From Octopus sinensis (taxonomy: Eukaryota): a stretch of 64,000 bases of DNA. Both the position numbers and the translations under genes were made by a program. The notes beneath the pieces were generated by a model, which was given only the letters and a program-made list of their open reading frames with translations, ran no database searches and was not told the DNA's origin. Where the stretch lies: positions 29,884,001 through 29,948,000 of the forward strand of contig NC_043007.1 of NCBI RefSeq assembly GCF_006345805.1, in the 5' to 3' direction. Positions within the stretch are counted from its first letter, which is position 1, and every line of letters begins with the position of its first letter. Of this stretch, positions 14,471 through 27,423 are shown in pieces.

Positions 14471-15401
14471 CTGACCCGCCTGTTCGGGACGACTTTCGGG
14501 CCAGGGCCCATGGACAACTTCCAGAGATCCCTGGCCTGGCAGTGCTACCGAGAAGCGCTACCCGTTCGGGATAAGCTCTACAGACACGGCTCGAGAAACA
14601 CAGGGCCGACCTGCCCGAGATGCGGTCAGAGCGACGAAACCGTTCTGCACGCACTCGTTCAGTGTCCACCAATTTCCGATGGGCTGTATTCGAACAACTG
14701 CTGTCACGTGTGGGACGAGTCGGTTTATCAGCTGAGTCTATCGTCAATATTGTCACGCCTCCTTCCTTCAAACGGGAAGGAAGAGCTATTTTCATCATCC
14801 TTGTGGCTATGGCGAAAGAATGTATCTGGTGGACGCGTCTGAAAGGATTGGAGACAAACACTTTTCCTCTCTGGTCAATCTCTCATCAACTTCTTCAAGT
14901 ACCACTTGAAAAGGAAAGTGAGAGTAGAGAGGCAAGTTTGTCTAGCGAATGTTTTAAAAAAAGATGGGTGAATGTAGCAAGAATGGCACGTATGAATGAC
15001 GAAGCCACCTTGAGCATAGTCCTATGAACCCAGAAATCGAAAACAAGAGTTGCTTATTTGCAAAAAAAAAAAAAAAAGAAATATAAAATGTGACTTCATT
15101 GACGAGGTTACCGTGGTCTTTTTCCGCAGGCTTTTCTTTCACGGTAAACCTCACCTGTCCTCCCCTTTACACTTCATATTGACATTTCTGTGATAACGAT
15201 CCCTATTGATCATTTTTTTTTTCCTCTCCCCCCCCTTTTTTTTTTAACCCCCCTTATTTTTGTCCTCTTTCTCTCCTTTTACGATCCCTTTTGATCGAAC
15301 CTCCCCCTTCCCTTTTTTTTTTTTTAATACCTTCAAAAGAAAAGCTCTACCTTGTAATTTGTTCTATCTGTGTGCAGCCCTGTGTGGCTAATAAAGAAAC
15401 A

Positions 15402-15402
<1 letters not shown>
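14471..15402 (+). mobile_element. 5'-truncated Tx1/L1-clade LINE 3' end, copy 1 (frameshifted)
   Basis: [38 protein letters not shown] is the L1-type C-terminal zinc-binding domain. 3' UTR ends AATAAAGAAACAT joined to (ATCT)n. Confidence 0.88.
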
Positions 15403-15464
<62 letters not shown>

Positions 15465-15508
15465 TATCTATCTATCTATCGATCTATCTATCTATCTATC
15501 TATCCTAT

Positions 15509-15541
<33 letters not shown>

Positions 15542-16473
15542 CTGACCCGCCTGTTCGGGACGACTTTCGGGCCAGGGCCCATGGACAACTTCCAGAGATC
15601 CCTGGCCTGGCAGTGCTACCGAGAAGCGCTACCCGTTCGGGATAAGCTCTACAGACACGGCTCGAGAAACACAGGGCCGACCTGCCCGAGATGCGGTCAG
15701 AGCGACGAAACCGTTCTGCACGCACTCGTTCAGTGTCCAACAATTTCCGACCTGTGGGCTTATGTCGAACAACTGCTGTCACGTGTGGGACGAGTCGGTT
15801 TATCAGCTGAGTCTATCGTCAATATTGTCACGTCCGCCTCCTTCCTTCAAACGGGAAGGAAGAGCTATTTTCATCATCCTTGTGGCTATGGCGAAAGAAT
15901 GTATCTGGTGGACGCGTCTGAAAGGATTGGAGACAAACACTTTCCTCTCTGGTCAATCTCTCATCAACTTCTTCAAGTACCACTTGAAAAGGAAAGTGAG
16001 AGTAGAGAGGCAAGTTTGTCTAGCGAATGTTTTAAAAAAAGATGGGTGAATGTAGCAAGAATGGCACGTATGAATGACGAAGCCACCTTGAGCATAGTCC
16101 TATGAACCCAGAAATCGAAAACAAGAGTTGCTTATTTGCAAAAAAAAAAAAAAAGAAATATAAAATGTGACTTCATTGACCGAGGTTACCGTGGTCTTTT
16201 TCCGCAGGCTTTTCTTTCACGGTAAACCTCACCTGTCCTCCCCTTTACACTTCATATTGACATTTCTGTGATAACGATCCCTATTGATCATTTTTTTTTC
16301 TCTCCCCCCCCTTTTTTTTTTAACCCCCCTTATTTTTGTCCTCTTTCTCTTTACTATCCCTTTTGATCGAACCTCCCCTTCCCTTTTTTTTTTTTTAATA
16401 CCTTCAAAAGAAAAGCTCTACCTTGTAATTTGTTCTATCTGTGTGCAGCCCTGTGTGGCTAATAAAGAAACAT
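15542..16473 (+). mobile_element. 5'-truncated Tx1/L1-clade LINE 3' end, copy 2 (same breakpoints, 1071-bp period)
   Basis: Same sequence as 14471-15402 apart from small indels; flanked by (TATC)n on both sides. Confidence 0.88.
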
Positions 16474-16520
16474 ATCTATCTATCTATCTATCTATCTATC
16501 GATCTATCTATCTATCTATC

Positions 16521-16593
<73 letters not shown>

Positions 16594-17234
16594 GCTCATT
16601 GCTAATGTATTGCATTGTATAATGAACTCGAAAATTTTAAAATTATGGAAAAGTAATGGCAAACATTTTTTTTAATTTAAGAATTTCGTTAATCAATGAA
16701 TTACAAATTTTAAGAATTGAAAGAATTATTAGCTCGATAGCGATTTAAAAGGAAAACGGTAAAGTGCATTTCGTTGCCTGTCGAATGTTGATGAATTTAC
16801 TCAAACCGTCCATTAAACAAGACAATGATACAAGCATTTGTGTGCATGTGTATGTGCGTGTGTGTTTGTGTGTGTGTATGTGTGTGAGAGTGTGTATGCG
16901 TGTGTATAAATATATGTATGTTTCTACTAAATATTAATATAATTATACAAAGACTCATATTTTGATTTTTATCTTTCCCGTTTGCATCATCATCATACAT
17001 ACACACACACACACAGACATGCATGTATGGGTGCAGGACGTCACCAACGGTGCAAATAACATACACACCAGAGATCGATACAAGACGTGGACAGTAATTA
17101 CAGGACAAAAACGAGAAAACAGCGAGAAAAAATGGAAAACAGGACAAATTGACACAGAAAAAGGACCGTTCATCAGTTGTCGGCTGTCTGTTTGTTCCTC
17201 ATTTCGAGATGTGTGTGTATGTGTGTTAATGTGT

Positions 17235-17284
<50 letters not shown>

Positions 17285-17479
17285 ATGTATGTATGTATGT
17301 ATGTATGTATGTTCGTATGTATGTATGTATTGAATATGTATGTATAGTGAAGGAAAATAGAGAATGAAGAAATCTCGGTAAATATCTGAGTCAGTGTTCA
17401 ATGCGAAAAAAACCTGGCTCGCACAATGTTTCCTGATGAATATAGAAATTCGAATAGGTTATATATCCCCAGGCAATCC

Positions 17480-18470
17480 ATAAAAACTGTAAATCCGAAG
17501 TTAATCACAAATTCGTTTCTCCAGAAATCGCAGAATATAACAATACTCAGATAAAAAGAAACGAAGATTATGTTTTTAAATAACTTTATTTATTGTTACG
17601 AGCGTTTCAGATGTATGTCCATGGGAACTCCTTCCTCGCAATACAATGATTTGCATGCATAATTAATTTGATTCCTTGATGAAATTAGGCAACGAAATGC
17701 AATTTTCTTTTGTATTTAAAAGAAGAAATGTGGTTATGTAACCAGGCCTCGAATTAGGGAGCGGATGCACCGATGTTGTAATGCATACTTTCATGTCTGT
17801 TTTGACCGAGCACTTATATATAGTTACCGCTCCTGAAGAACTGTTTGTCCAAGAGACACATGTCATGATTACTACAGTTACACATTCTACTAGGTATGTA
17901 ATCAAAAGAGGTCTTATATATTAGTGTGACTGTTATTACCCAGAGGAGATAATAAATTATTATCGTCATCTTTTCTGCACTTGATAAATGTTGCATTAGT
18001 GGTAGAACCGGGTTTGTCTATACATTCTAAATAAAGAAACCTACTTTCACTCTTTCTGGCGGTATTCAATTTTATAAAACTAATAGCCGTTATAGCATCC
18101 ACTAAATTCGGTGTAGTGGGATATGACATCTTCAAGCTATGTCTATTGAATATCTTTCTAGATCTGCTAGAAGGTAGAAAGTGTCTGTTTAACGCATTAA
18201 AGAAAATACCCAGGATGTCTTCGGATACATGAATTCCAAACGGAGAATTATACCATGTGATTTTTCTATTAGTCCTTCAAATTTTATGAGTCTTGTTTTC
18301 AAAGTTTATACTGGTTTTGTGCTGGTTTCTTCCCTGTATTGGCTACTTGGTGGTTGTGTGATGTATTACGATTGTTCCCAAGATCAAACGCGTTATTATT
18401 AAGCTTAGTTCTCTTATACGGGCCTAGGTGGCGCCCAGTCTGTAAATTATCCAGGTATTATTCTTGATAT
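17480..18470 (-). mobile_element. Decayed Penelope-like element (C-terminal linker + GIY-YIG endonuclease)
   Basis: Minus-strand frames give RKITWYNSPF..FFNALNRHF..KIFNRHSLKMSY, then CNCSNHDMCLL, IYKCSVKTD, IGAS..FEARLHNHISSFKY, the typical PLE endonuclease layout with stops and frameshifts. Confidence 0.8.
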
Positions 18471-18532
18471 TAGCTACAGTGTGGAAAAAGTATACTTGAG
18501 AAGTTAGTCATTGTCATATGATGGGTAACACT

Positions 18533-18575
<43 letters not shown>

Positions 18576-19048
18576 ATGCATATATGTGTATATATATATA
18601 TGTGTGTGTGTGTGCATATGTATGTGAATATGTATGTATGTTCATATATATATATATGTATATATATTTATATGTATATATTTATGCGTATCTCTCGCTT
18701 TTTCTCTCTATGTAGTTGAAATTTATAGAAAAGCCAAAGACGAAGACAGGTGTATGAACAACAAACAGGTGTATTACACACCTGAGTGAACTTGGTTGAC
18801 AAGTGTTTTGATCTGAGATTGTGTCTTGAAGGTAAAACGATTCCAGCGTCGAAGAAACACATTGAAAACGTTCAGCGACATACAAAGACGGTTAACTCAA
18901 CCAGTTATTAATTGGTGTCAAATTTTTCGTCGCACCAACTGTGACCTACTCTCTCACGTGGTTCCACTGCCGCGTCGGACAAAGCCCCATAGTATTCCTC
19001 TCACTCTGCCCCACTCTCTCTGTGTCTCTGTCTGTCTCTTTTCTCTCA

Positions 19049-19082
<34 letters not shown>

Positions 19083-19182
19083 TCTACATTAATGTCCATA
19101 CACGCCAACATTTAATCCTACTCAACTCTCCATCACATTTTCAACTCTTTATCAAACAACAGCAACAACGCTAGTGATTACC

Positions 19183-19234
<52 letters not shown>

Positions 19235-19249
19235 GGCAGTAGTAGCAGT

Positions 19250-19281
<32 letters not shown>

Positions 19282-19899
19282 TAGTAGTAGTTGTGGTGGT
19301 GGTGGTGGTGGTGGTAGCTTAGACAACAAGTATATATGAGCAGCAGCAGAAACAGCGGCAGCAATAAAGGCCAGCCGCAGCTCCATCCCTGACAGCGAGG
19401 AAACCAATAACACCAGAAGCAGCAGCAGCAGCAGTAGCAGCAGAAATCTCAACAGCTGCTACAGTATCAATAATGGTAACAGCAGCAGCAGCAGCACGGG
19501 TGTTGCAGCTGATGGTGCTGAAAGTGATGATAATGCAATGTGCAACAACGTACAAGAAGCATTATCAGCTGCAACTGGGGGGAATCAATGGGGAAACGTG
19601 TGCAGCGAGGATGGCGGCGGGGAGGAAGGGGTTTTGGGGGTGAACAGGCTGAAGGAATGTGTATGTGTGTGTGTGTGTGTGTGTATGTATCTCTCTCTCT
19701 CTCTTTCTATACACGCGCGCGTGTATAAGTGAAATCGAGAAATAAAGGCAAAAAGAGGGATAAAGATAAAAAAAAAACAAAGCGAAACCAAAAATCTAGA
19801 AAAATAAAAGGAAGGAAGCTGGGGGGGGGGATAAAAGATGGAATGAAATTGATACAGAACTCGAAAAACGTGTGAGCGAGAGCAGAAAACAAGAAGGGC

Positions 19900-19903
19900 A
19901 GGA

Positions 19904-19984
<81 letters not shown>

Positions 19985-19993
19985 ATGGAAACC

Positions 19994-20057
<64 letters not shown>

Positions 20058-20090
20058 CGAGAGAGAGAGAGAGAGAGAGGGAGAGAGCGT
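19900..20090. repeat. (GA)n microsatellite tract
   Basis: Directly visible; similar tracts at 33455-33541 and 46565-46650. Confidence 0.95.
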
Positions 20091-20286
20091 GTGTATGAGT
20101 GTGTAGGTGCTATTTCTAGTAAATGGAGTTCCGGTATGTTTCAGGAGAGAAGACAGACGAATATTGTAACGAATGAATGTAACAACAAACCATTTATTTA
20201 GTGGTGGGGATGGTGGAAGAGGTGGAATTAATAAAAAGCTGTGACCCCCCACCCACTCTTTAATTTCTTTCTCAACCCAACCATCC

Positions 20287-20393
<107 letters not shown>

Positions 20394-20539
20394 AATCTAT
20401 CTTCATGCTTCAAAATTATCCATACATTCTCTTTTTCTTTTTACGTAAAACATTTGTCAACCGATCAAAGCAGGCTTGGCTATACTATAACTTTCCTGGT
20501 AAGATCTAATAGGCCGAAATATTACCATGATTATCCCCC

Positions 20540-21530
20540 CTTGCCTTGATCAGGCATTCACATAAACCAGAGATTCTCAGACAGGCGCTGAGCATGTGGA
20601 ACGAGGCGTGAGACATTAAGGGGCGGTGAGGTAACATAATCAACATTCTGAAAGATAGAAGTCAGGCAGTAGAGGCTAATGGAGCCACCTCTATGAAAAT
20701 ACAAATAGTGAGCGGTGTTCCACAGTGATCTTAGGACCACTGCTTTTTATAGTGACCCTCTCAGATATGCCCACAAGTGCCCGGATAGCCACCCTTGCAG
20801 GCTACGCAGACGATACGAAAGTCTCGCAGAATATACAGAACCCCAGCGATGTTGCACACCTGCAGCAGGAGTTGGACTCAATCTACAGATGGGCTGAGGA
20901 TAATAATATGCAGTTTAATGCTGAAAAATTCCAAGCCCTGCGCTACCAGCATCCAAAACTGAATATGAAGCTTACAGGGTACACCGGTCCACAGGGAATT
21001 TCAATCCCAGAGCCTAAGTCTGTGAGGGACCTGGGTATCGACATGAGTGATGATACCTCTTTCCAAGTGCACGTTACCATGATGGCGACAAAGTGCAGAC
21101 GACTGGCTGGATGGATCCTAAGAACTTCATCAGAACCAGAGATAAGGAAACAGATGGGTCCTTGGCGGACATTCGTCCTCAGCCGCCTGGGATTACTGCT
21201 CACAGCTATGTCACCCACCAGTGTGAAATTAACAGCGGACCTTGAAGCAATCCAGAGAAGATTCACAAAGAATATCGTCTCTTTGCAACGCGGCTCAGCT
21301 ACTGAAAGGTTGAAACAGCTAAGACTCTACTCCCTGAGAGAAGACGGAAAGGTATGCAGTAATATATATCTGGAAGAGCCTTGAAGGAATTGTGCCAAAT
21401 TTTGGCATTGAAAGCTACACCAATGCCAGAACGGGACGACACTGCATAGTGCCAAAGATCCCAGCAATGCTGCCCATTCAGGCTACCAGGACCAGCTTCT
21501 GCAAACAGCCTGGGTTTCAAGGGCCCCCCG
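20540..21530 (+). mobile_element. CR1-like LINE reverse transcriptase fragment (decayed)
   Basis: SGVPQ..LGPLLFIVTLSDMP..YADDTKV..LQQELDSIYRWAEDNNMQFNAEKFQAL..VRDLGI..LEAIQRRFTK: RT domains 4-7 and CR1-type C-terminus with frameshifts. Confidence 0.88.
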
Positions 21531-22234
21531 CTTTCTAATATTCTCCCAAAGAGAAAGAGAAGAGCGAGAGGAGAGAGAGGAGAGAGAGAGAAAGATATGA
21601 AGGAGAGTGAGAGAGACAATGACAGAGACAGAACAAAAGATAGAGCTGGAAAGAAGAAGAAGTGAGAAGGAAGAGAAGGAAGGAAGGAATGCAACGAACA
21701 ACCGACACCGACACCGACACGGCTGAGGCTTCACTTCACATTCTATTAACAGAGTAACATCGGAATAAATGATATCTTTTAAACAACCACAGGTAAAATA
21801 CCTTTTATCTTTTACTTGTTTCAGTCGTTAGATTTGCGGCCATGCTGGGGCATTGCCTCGAACGGTTTATTCGAACAAATCGATTCCAGTTCGTAAGTTG
21901 CTTTTTTTTTTCTTTGAGCCTGGGACTTATTCTCTCAGTCGCGGACGTAAATAAACCGACATTGGTTGTCAAGCTGGACACACACAAACATGAACACACA
22001 CACGCACACACACACACACTCATACACATACACACACATTATATATATATATATATATACATACACTAGCGTAGCTAGAGTGTGTGACGCCCCCGGATCC
22101 CACATAAAACATATATTACCTACAGCAGACCCAAAAGTGACGAACCGCTAAGTGATGGGAACGTAAACACACCAGGATCGGTTGTTAAGCGATGTTGGGG
22201 GAGGGGGACAAATACAAACATACAAACATATATA

Positions 22235-22273
<39 letters not shown>

Positions 22274-22526
22274 TATTAGGGAAGTTATTTCCGAGTCCAC
22301 AGTGGAGAGAAGTTGGATTATACGATTGCTGGTAGCCATGTTTAATTCATGGTGAGAAAGTTACCATACAGATAAGTTAACATTTCTATTTACTAATATT
22401 TCTTTTTCCTAATTTTATTCCACATTTCTGTTCATTATTTACTGAAGTAAGATTATTCCAACAACTTCTAGTTATATGATTTTAGTTTGTCATGTCTTAA
22501 TATACGATGTAAATAGCAAAATAAGC

Positions 22527-22633
22527 TAGACCTGAAGATTGGTAATATAATCGTTTAAATATGGAATTGTATTTAGAGACATTCTATTTCAGCAATATCG
22601 AGGAATATGTTGTCATGAAACGCGCGTAGTCTA
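22527..22633 (+). ncRNA. Type I hammerhead ribozyme candidate, intact core
   Basis: TAGAC-CTGAAGA-(stem II TGGTAATATA/TATGTTGTCA, about 10 bp with G.U pairs, closed by U.U)-GAAAC-GCGC-GTA^GTCTA. Stem I TAGAC/GTCTA is perfectly complementary; stem III is palindromic. Predicted cut after 22628. Confidence 0.72.
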
Positions 22634-22773
22634 TATAATGTAAAGTATATGATTCGAAATAAGAATTGAAGGTATTAATTTTGATAATTTTAATATTTAG
22701 TCCTTTATGTATCTATTGTGGATAAGTCATTCAATGATGATTGAGTTGCTTGAGGGTGATTCTGTCTCTTAAA

Positions 22774-22824
<51 letters not shown>

Positions 22825-22864
22825 ATATATAATATATATATATTATATATATATATAATATATA

Positions 22865-23020
22865 TACGACGAGTTTTTCAGTTTATGTCTACCAAATCCA
22901 CCCACAAGGCTTTGGTCGACCCGAGGCTATAGTAGAAAACACTTGCCCAAGGTGCCACGCAGTGGGACTGAACCCGGAACCATGTGGTTGGTAAACAAGC
23001 TACTTATCACGCAGCCGTAT
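22865..23020 (-). mobile_element. tRNA-headed CORE-like SINE
   Basis: Minus strand GGTTCCGGGTTCAGTCCCACTGCGTGGCACCTTGGGCAAGTG (B-box + CORE-like); related copies at about 23050-23190, 38095-38250 and 45570-45990. Confidence 0.75.
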
Positions 23021-23524
23021 GCGTGTGTATACACACACACACACACAGTGGGCTTCCTTCAGTTTCCAACCAATCAAATCCACCCACAAGGCTTTTGTCA
23101 CATGGGAGCTCTAGTAGAAGACCCTTGTTCAAGGGACTACCCAGTGGGACCGAACCCAGAACCACGTGGTTGGAAAGAAGCAAACTTCTTTATGTTTGTT
23201 TTATGACTCTCTGTAAAAAGAAGGACGGATACAAGGCCAGTTGGTTATCCAATTCGTGAAGGGAAGAGCTTTCAATAAACATCCGTGTTGAAAACTGGTG
23301 TTAATCTTATGGCGATATAATTCGATATTGTACAAAATGGAGGAAAAGACAACAAATATCACTCTTAAAGTTCACGTGAGGCATTTGAGGGGAATGCGTT
23401 GCCATGGGAAAGGTTGTTCGCCGATTTGGTTTGGCGGCAGACGAAACGTTGCACGGTGTAATGGAATCTGGCAGCCTTAGGCACATACTTTGGTTTAAGA
23501 CTGATAATTGATACGCTTTTATGT

Positions 23525-23576
<52 letters not shown>

Positions 23577-24143
23577 GTACATAATACATACAAAAATACA
23601 TACATACATACATGCAGACATACATACATACATACATACATACGTACATATACACACATACATACATACATACATACATACACACATACATACATACATA
23701 CATACATACATACATACATACATACATACATACATTCATACATACATACATACGTACATATACACACATACATGCATACATACGTACATACGTACATATA
23801 TACACATACATACATATCTACATGCATACACATGTTCATGCATACATATATACATATGTATACACATTCGCTCACACGTGTGCGTGCAAGTGTGTGTGTG
23901 TGTGTGTTTGAATGTTCTGCAGGTAATTATGCGTAAATCAGACGATTTCCCCTTCCAAACTCCATCCGGGCTTTTTGGTCGTCTGCCAAGAGGATCCCAT
24001 TTAACTCGGATGAACCCCTTCTCGCACCTACTCTCACCACCACCCCTGCCACCACAGTGCAGTTGGAAGCATCACTCACCAAGTTTTACATACGTCACAG
24101 TTGTAACGCGTTTTACTTCTAAATACGCAAATACACACACACA

Positions 24144-24186
<43 letters not shown>

Positions 24187-25034
24187 ACACACACACATGC
24201 ACTTATATGCATAAATACAAACTCACAACATTCACAGCACACATACTCACACACGCATACACATATACGTGCACAAACACACATACACTCGCTATACATA
24301 CAAACGCACTCAAAACAGTAACACCAACAACAGGAACGGAATTACGCCTAAATCCTTTCTTCCCAATTGAGTTTCAAAGTGGTCGCTCGATCTGCTAGAA
24401 ATAACAGGTAACTATCTCTCCACTAAAAATAAAAGAAAAAAATACTGAAACTACGTCGAGATTATCTTGTGAGGAATACGTTGATCGTAGGTTTACTCTG
24501 CGCCAGGGTTGACCTAGGCCCAAACAGCAATAAGATACAGCAAACGAATTAGTTGCTGAGATTCTGATGTAAATGATATCACAGGTAATAAACCCCAATC
24601 TGAGACATAAAAGAGAGAAACGGAAAGCGAGCCAACACGCCAGGCCTCTGCCTCTTTACCTTTCCTGCTGGGCGAGCAGCTTTTATTATCTTGAAACTAT
24701 GTCTGCTATTAGAAATGTTTCATTTTATCTTCACGGCTTCATTTATCAGTCGTAATTCACCAGTCCTAATTCATCAATCATTTAGCTCCCAGCAGGATAG
24801 GTTATTCGAACATTGTACAATATTGCAAAGTCTGCCACCTTGGTTCGATGTTTCTTACGTGAAATAACTGCAGGAATCGAATCCGAAGACTTAATTGTTG
24901 AGTTTTTAGTATTTATGAACGATAGTAAACATTAAAAGCATCAATTCGAGACAAACAAGAGAAACAGGTTCACAATCTGAAATTGTGGTTGTTTAGTGTC
25001 TCAGATGTCGTTCAAAAGAAGAAACTATTAGCCT

Positions 25035-25086
<52 letters not shown>

Positions 25087-25129
25087 TGTATTTATTCATT
25101 TGAAACAGACGTTGTACATTTCACTGGTA

Positions 25130-25600
25130 AGGCCAAATGGCCAAAATGCATCTGGCGTCCTCGTTGGCTGCTGTTTTTACTACATTTTCTACTTCCTTCT
25201 CCATCTTCGTCCAATACACATAACTGCGCATAAGCGCTTCCATCCTTACGATCGCTGGATATCCAATATGGAATTCTTCCAACATTTTTTTTTTGTAGAG
25301 TCTCAGGTATCGCTACCCTTTGGCCATGAATCAGTTCTCCGTTGCATGTTGAAGATAGGTTTACATCTTGTTTTTCTTTCAACGTAGTCCGCGTGAATTT
25401 CTTTATATTCTCATCGCCACTGTTATAATGTGGATCATCGTCCGTCCATTTGTATGTTGTCAACGGCACTGTAATATTCTTGTCACCACAACCATGTTGT
25501 GGGGCTATTCCGCATCTCATTCTCTTTATCGTGCTATCGCTGATAGCTCCGCGAGACGCCAACTTCTCAGGCCTACCTGGACGGTAACTCGAACACGTAT
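25130..25600 (-). mobile_element. Ty3/Gypsy LTR-retrotransposon pol remnant (integrase zinc-finger region)
   Basis: LSSTCNGELIHGQRVAIPETLQKK then, after a frameshift in an A-run, MLEEFHIGYPAIVRMEALMRSYVYWTKMEKEVENVVK, which matches the LH.GHPGI.RMKALARSYVWWP motif. Confidence 0.8.
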
Positions 25601-25785
25601 ATGCCACGTAACTGACTCTGACTCCAACTGAGAAACTCGTGCAACGACTCTACTACTACTGATCTCTTACAACGACTGACTGTCTGATTTTATAGTGGAT
25701 GGGCCATACCGCTTTGTCACGTGGGAAGAAGGAGCGTAACATTTTCACTACAAGGAATAATGAAGCCAAAACAAAAAGTGATATT

Positions 25786-25880
25786 TTGAAATCGTTTAAT
25801 GCGTACGTTTCAGTTCTGTGTAAAACATAACAGGAACATGCTTCCATTACCTAAGACCTTCATCAGTTGAAACATTTCAA
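25786..25880 (-). ncRNA. Type I hammerhead-like fold with one core substitution
   Basis: Minus strand TTGAAATGTTTCAA-CTGATGA-AG..CT-GAAAC-GTAC-GCA-TTAAACGATTTCAA: about 13-bp stem I with two bulges, palindromic stem III; U16.1 is C. Confidence 0.55.
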
Positions 25881-25973
25881 CACCGCTTCGTAGCGTGTCA
25901 GCTTATTAGCTTTCTTATATAAATAAATGTTTCTGAAATTAATGTGGTATTCATAAGACAACACCTATGTGCT

Positions 25974-26032
<59 letters not shown>

Positions 26033-26189
26033 ATGTATGTATATATATAATATATATATTATATATATATATATATATAGTAATGTATGTATGTTTGTAT
26101 GTATATATATATATATATGTAATATTTGAGGTTTGTTGGTGAATACGTTAAAACAGCTGGTTTCTACTTTAGGCCTGAAGTCTATGCAG

Positions 26190-26272
26190 TCATCTGACGA
26201 AAACGGTTTCTTTGCAATGATGTAATGTTTTCATTAATCAATTAAAGGAGTCGCTTGAAACGGCCGTAATGA
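26190..26272 (+). ncRNA. Type I hammerhead candidate, 'GGCC' family copy C
   Basis: TCAT-CTGACGA-AAACGGTTTC..GGAGTCGCTT-GAAAC-GGCC-GTA^ATGA: intact core, 9/10 stem II pairs, 4-bp stem I. Confidence 0.65.
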
Positions 26273-26324
26273 ATTGACACCTGTACATCTTTGTTACTTA
26301 TTGATATATATATTATATATATAT

Positions 26325-26358
<34 letters not shown>

Positions 26359-26414
26359 TATAAACAGTTTAGCTACTTGTTTCTTTGGAGACTGTCAGAA
26401 TGATGTGGACGCCT

Positions 26415-26449
26415 CCGATGAGAACCCAGTAAAGTTCGAAAATCGATTA
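26415..26449 (+). ncRNA. Degenerate minimal hammerhead-like motif
   Basis: CCGATGA-GAAC-CCAGTAAA-GTTC-GAAA-ATCGAT-TA: perfect 4-bp stem II and palindromic stem III, but U4->C and stem I eroded. Confidence 0.4.
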
Positions 26450-27199
26450 ATGTTGTTCATCACTTTTTCCGTCTGTGGAGAAATGGTTAAAGATTTGCTC
26501 TGTTTATAATTATATCATATGTATATATATATATATATGATTAAAGAAATGACAAGGGAGAAAGAATTGCGTAATCAACTTTATTAGCTTACAGCTGTTT
26601 CTGCCACAAGATGCGTCGCACTCAGAGTTGAATGTTTGTGCATCGTCTTCTAGCTTCCTCAGAGCTTCTAAAAACCAGCGCATGTTTATTTGGCGAAAAG
26701 ATTTAAACACTGTTGCACGTATATTGAGTTCTAACAACTGGTTATTAGTATCACTCTGCCTGTATAGACACACACACAAACACACACACACACGTACACA
26801 CGCACGCACGCATGCACGCAAACATATGCATGTATGTATATATGTATGAAGGTATGTATGTATACATGTATGAATGTATGTATGTATATATGTATGAAGG
26901 TATGTATGTATATATGTATATATGTATGTATATATATATATGTATGTATATATATATATGTATGTATATGTATATGTATGTATATATATATATATATGTA
27001 TATGTATGTATGAATGAATGTATGTTTGTATATGTATGTATGTATGTGTATATATATGTATGCATATATATATGTATGTATATATATATATGTATGTATA
27101 CGTATGAATGAATGTATGTATGTATATGTATGTATGTATGTATGTATGGATGGATGGATGTGTGTATGTATGTATCTATGTGTGTATGTATGTATGTAT

Positions 27200-27322
27200 G
27201 TTATAACGAAGAGTCGTTTGCTTCATACTCCTCGTGTACCGATTCTGCCCATAAGAAAAGAACAAACAACACAATGTGGCTGTAGGTCACAAGACCCTGG
27301 CAACGCCGGGGTGCATTGCTAG
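27200..27322 (+). mobile_element. Helitron-like 3' terminus
   Basis: Hairpin CCCTGGCAACGCCGGGG followed by CTAG|T, like the end of the element at 30329-30845. Confidence 0.55.
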
Positions 27323-27366
27323 TATATGTGTATTTGTCTGTCTGTTTGTTTGTTTGTTTGTTTGTT

Positions 27367-27423
<57 letters not shown>

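Noticed and set aside
17595-17612. GAAAC-GCTC-GTA on the minus strand
   Set aside because: Lies in PLE coding sequence with no CTGANGA partner and a non-palindromic loop.
19150-19560. Ala/Ser/Gln-rich low-complexity ORFs (also 8750-9180 and 10500-10640)
   Set aside because: Compound trinucleotide repeats with no recognisable domain or consistent splice pattern; could be UTR but unsupported.
25092-25607. 171-aa ORF that looks like a novel gene
   Set aside because: It is a frameshifted Gypsy pol remnant; the alternative frame carries the integrase zinc-finger motif.
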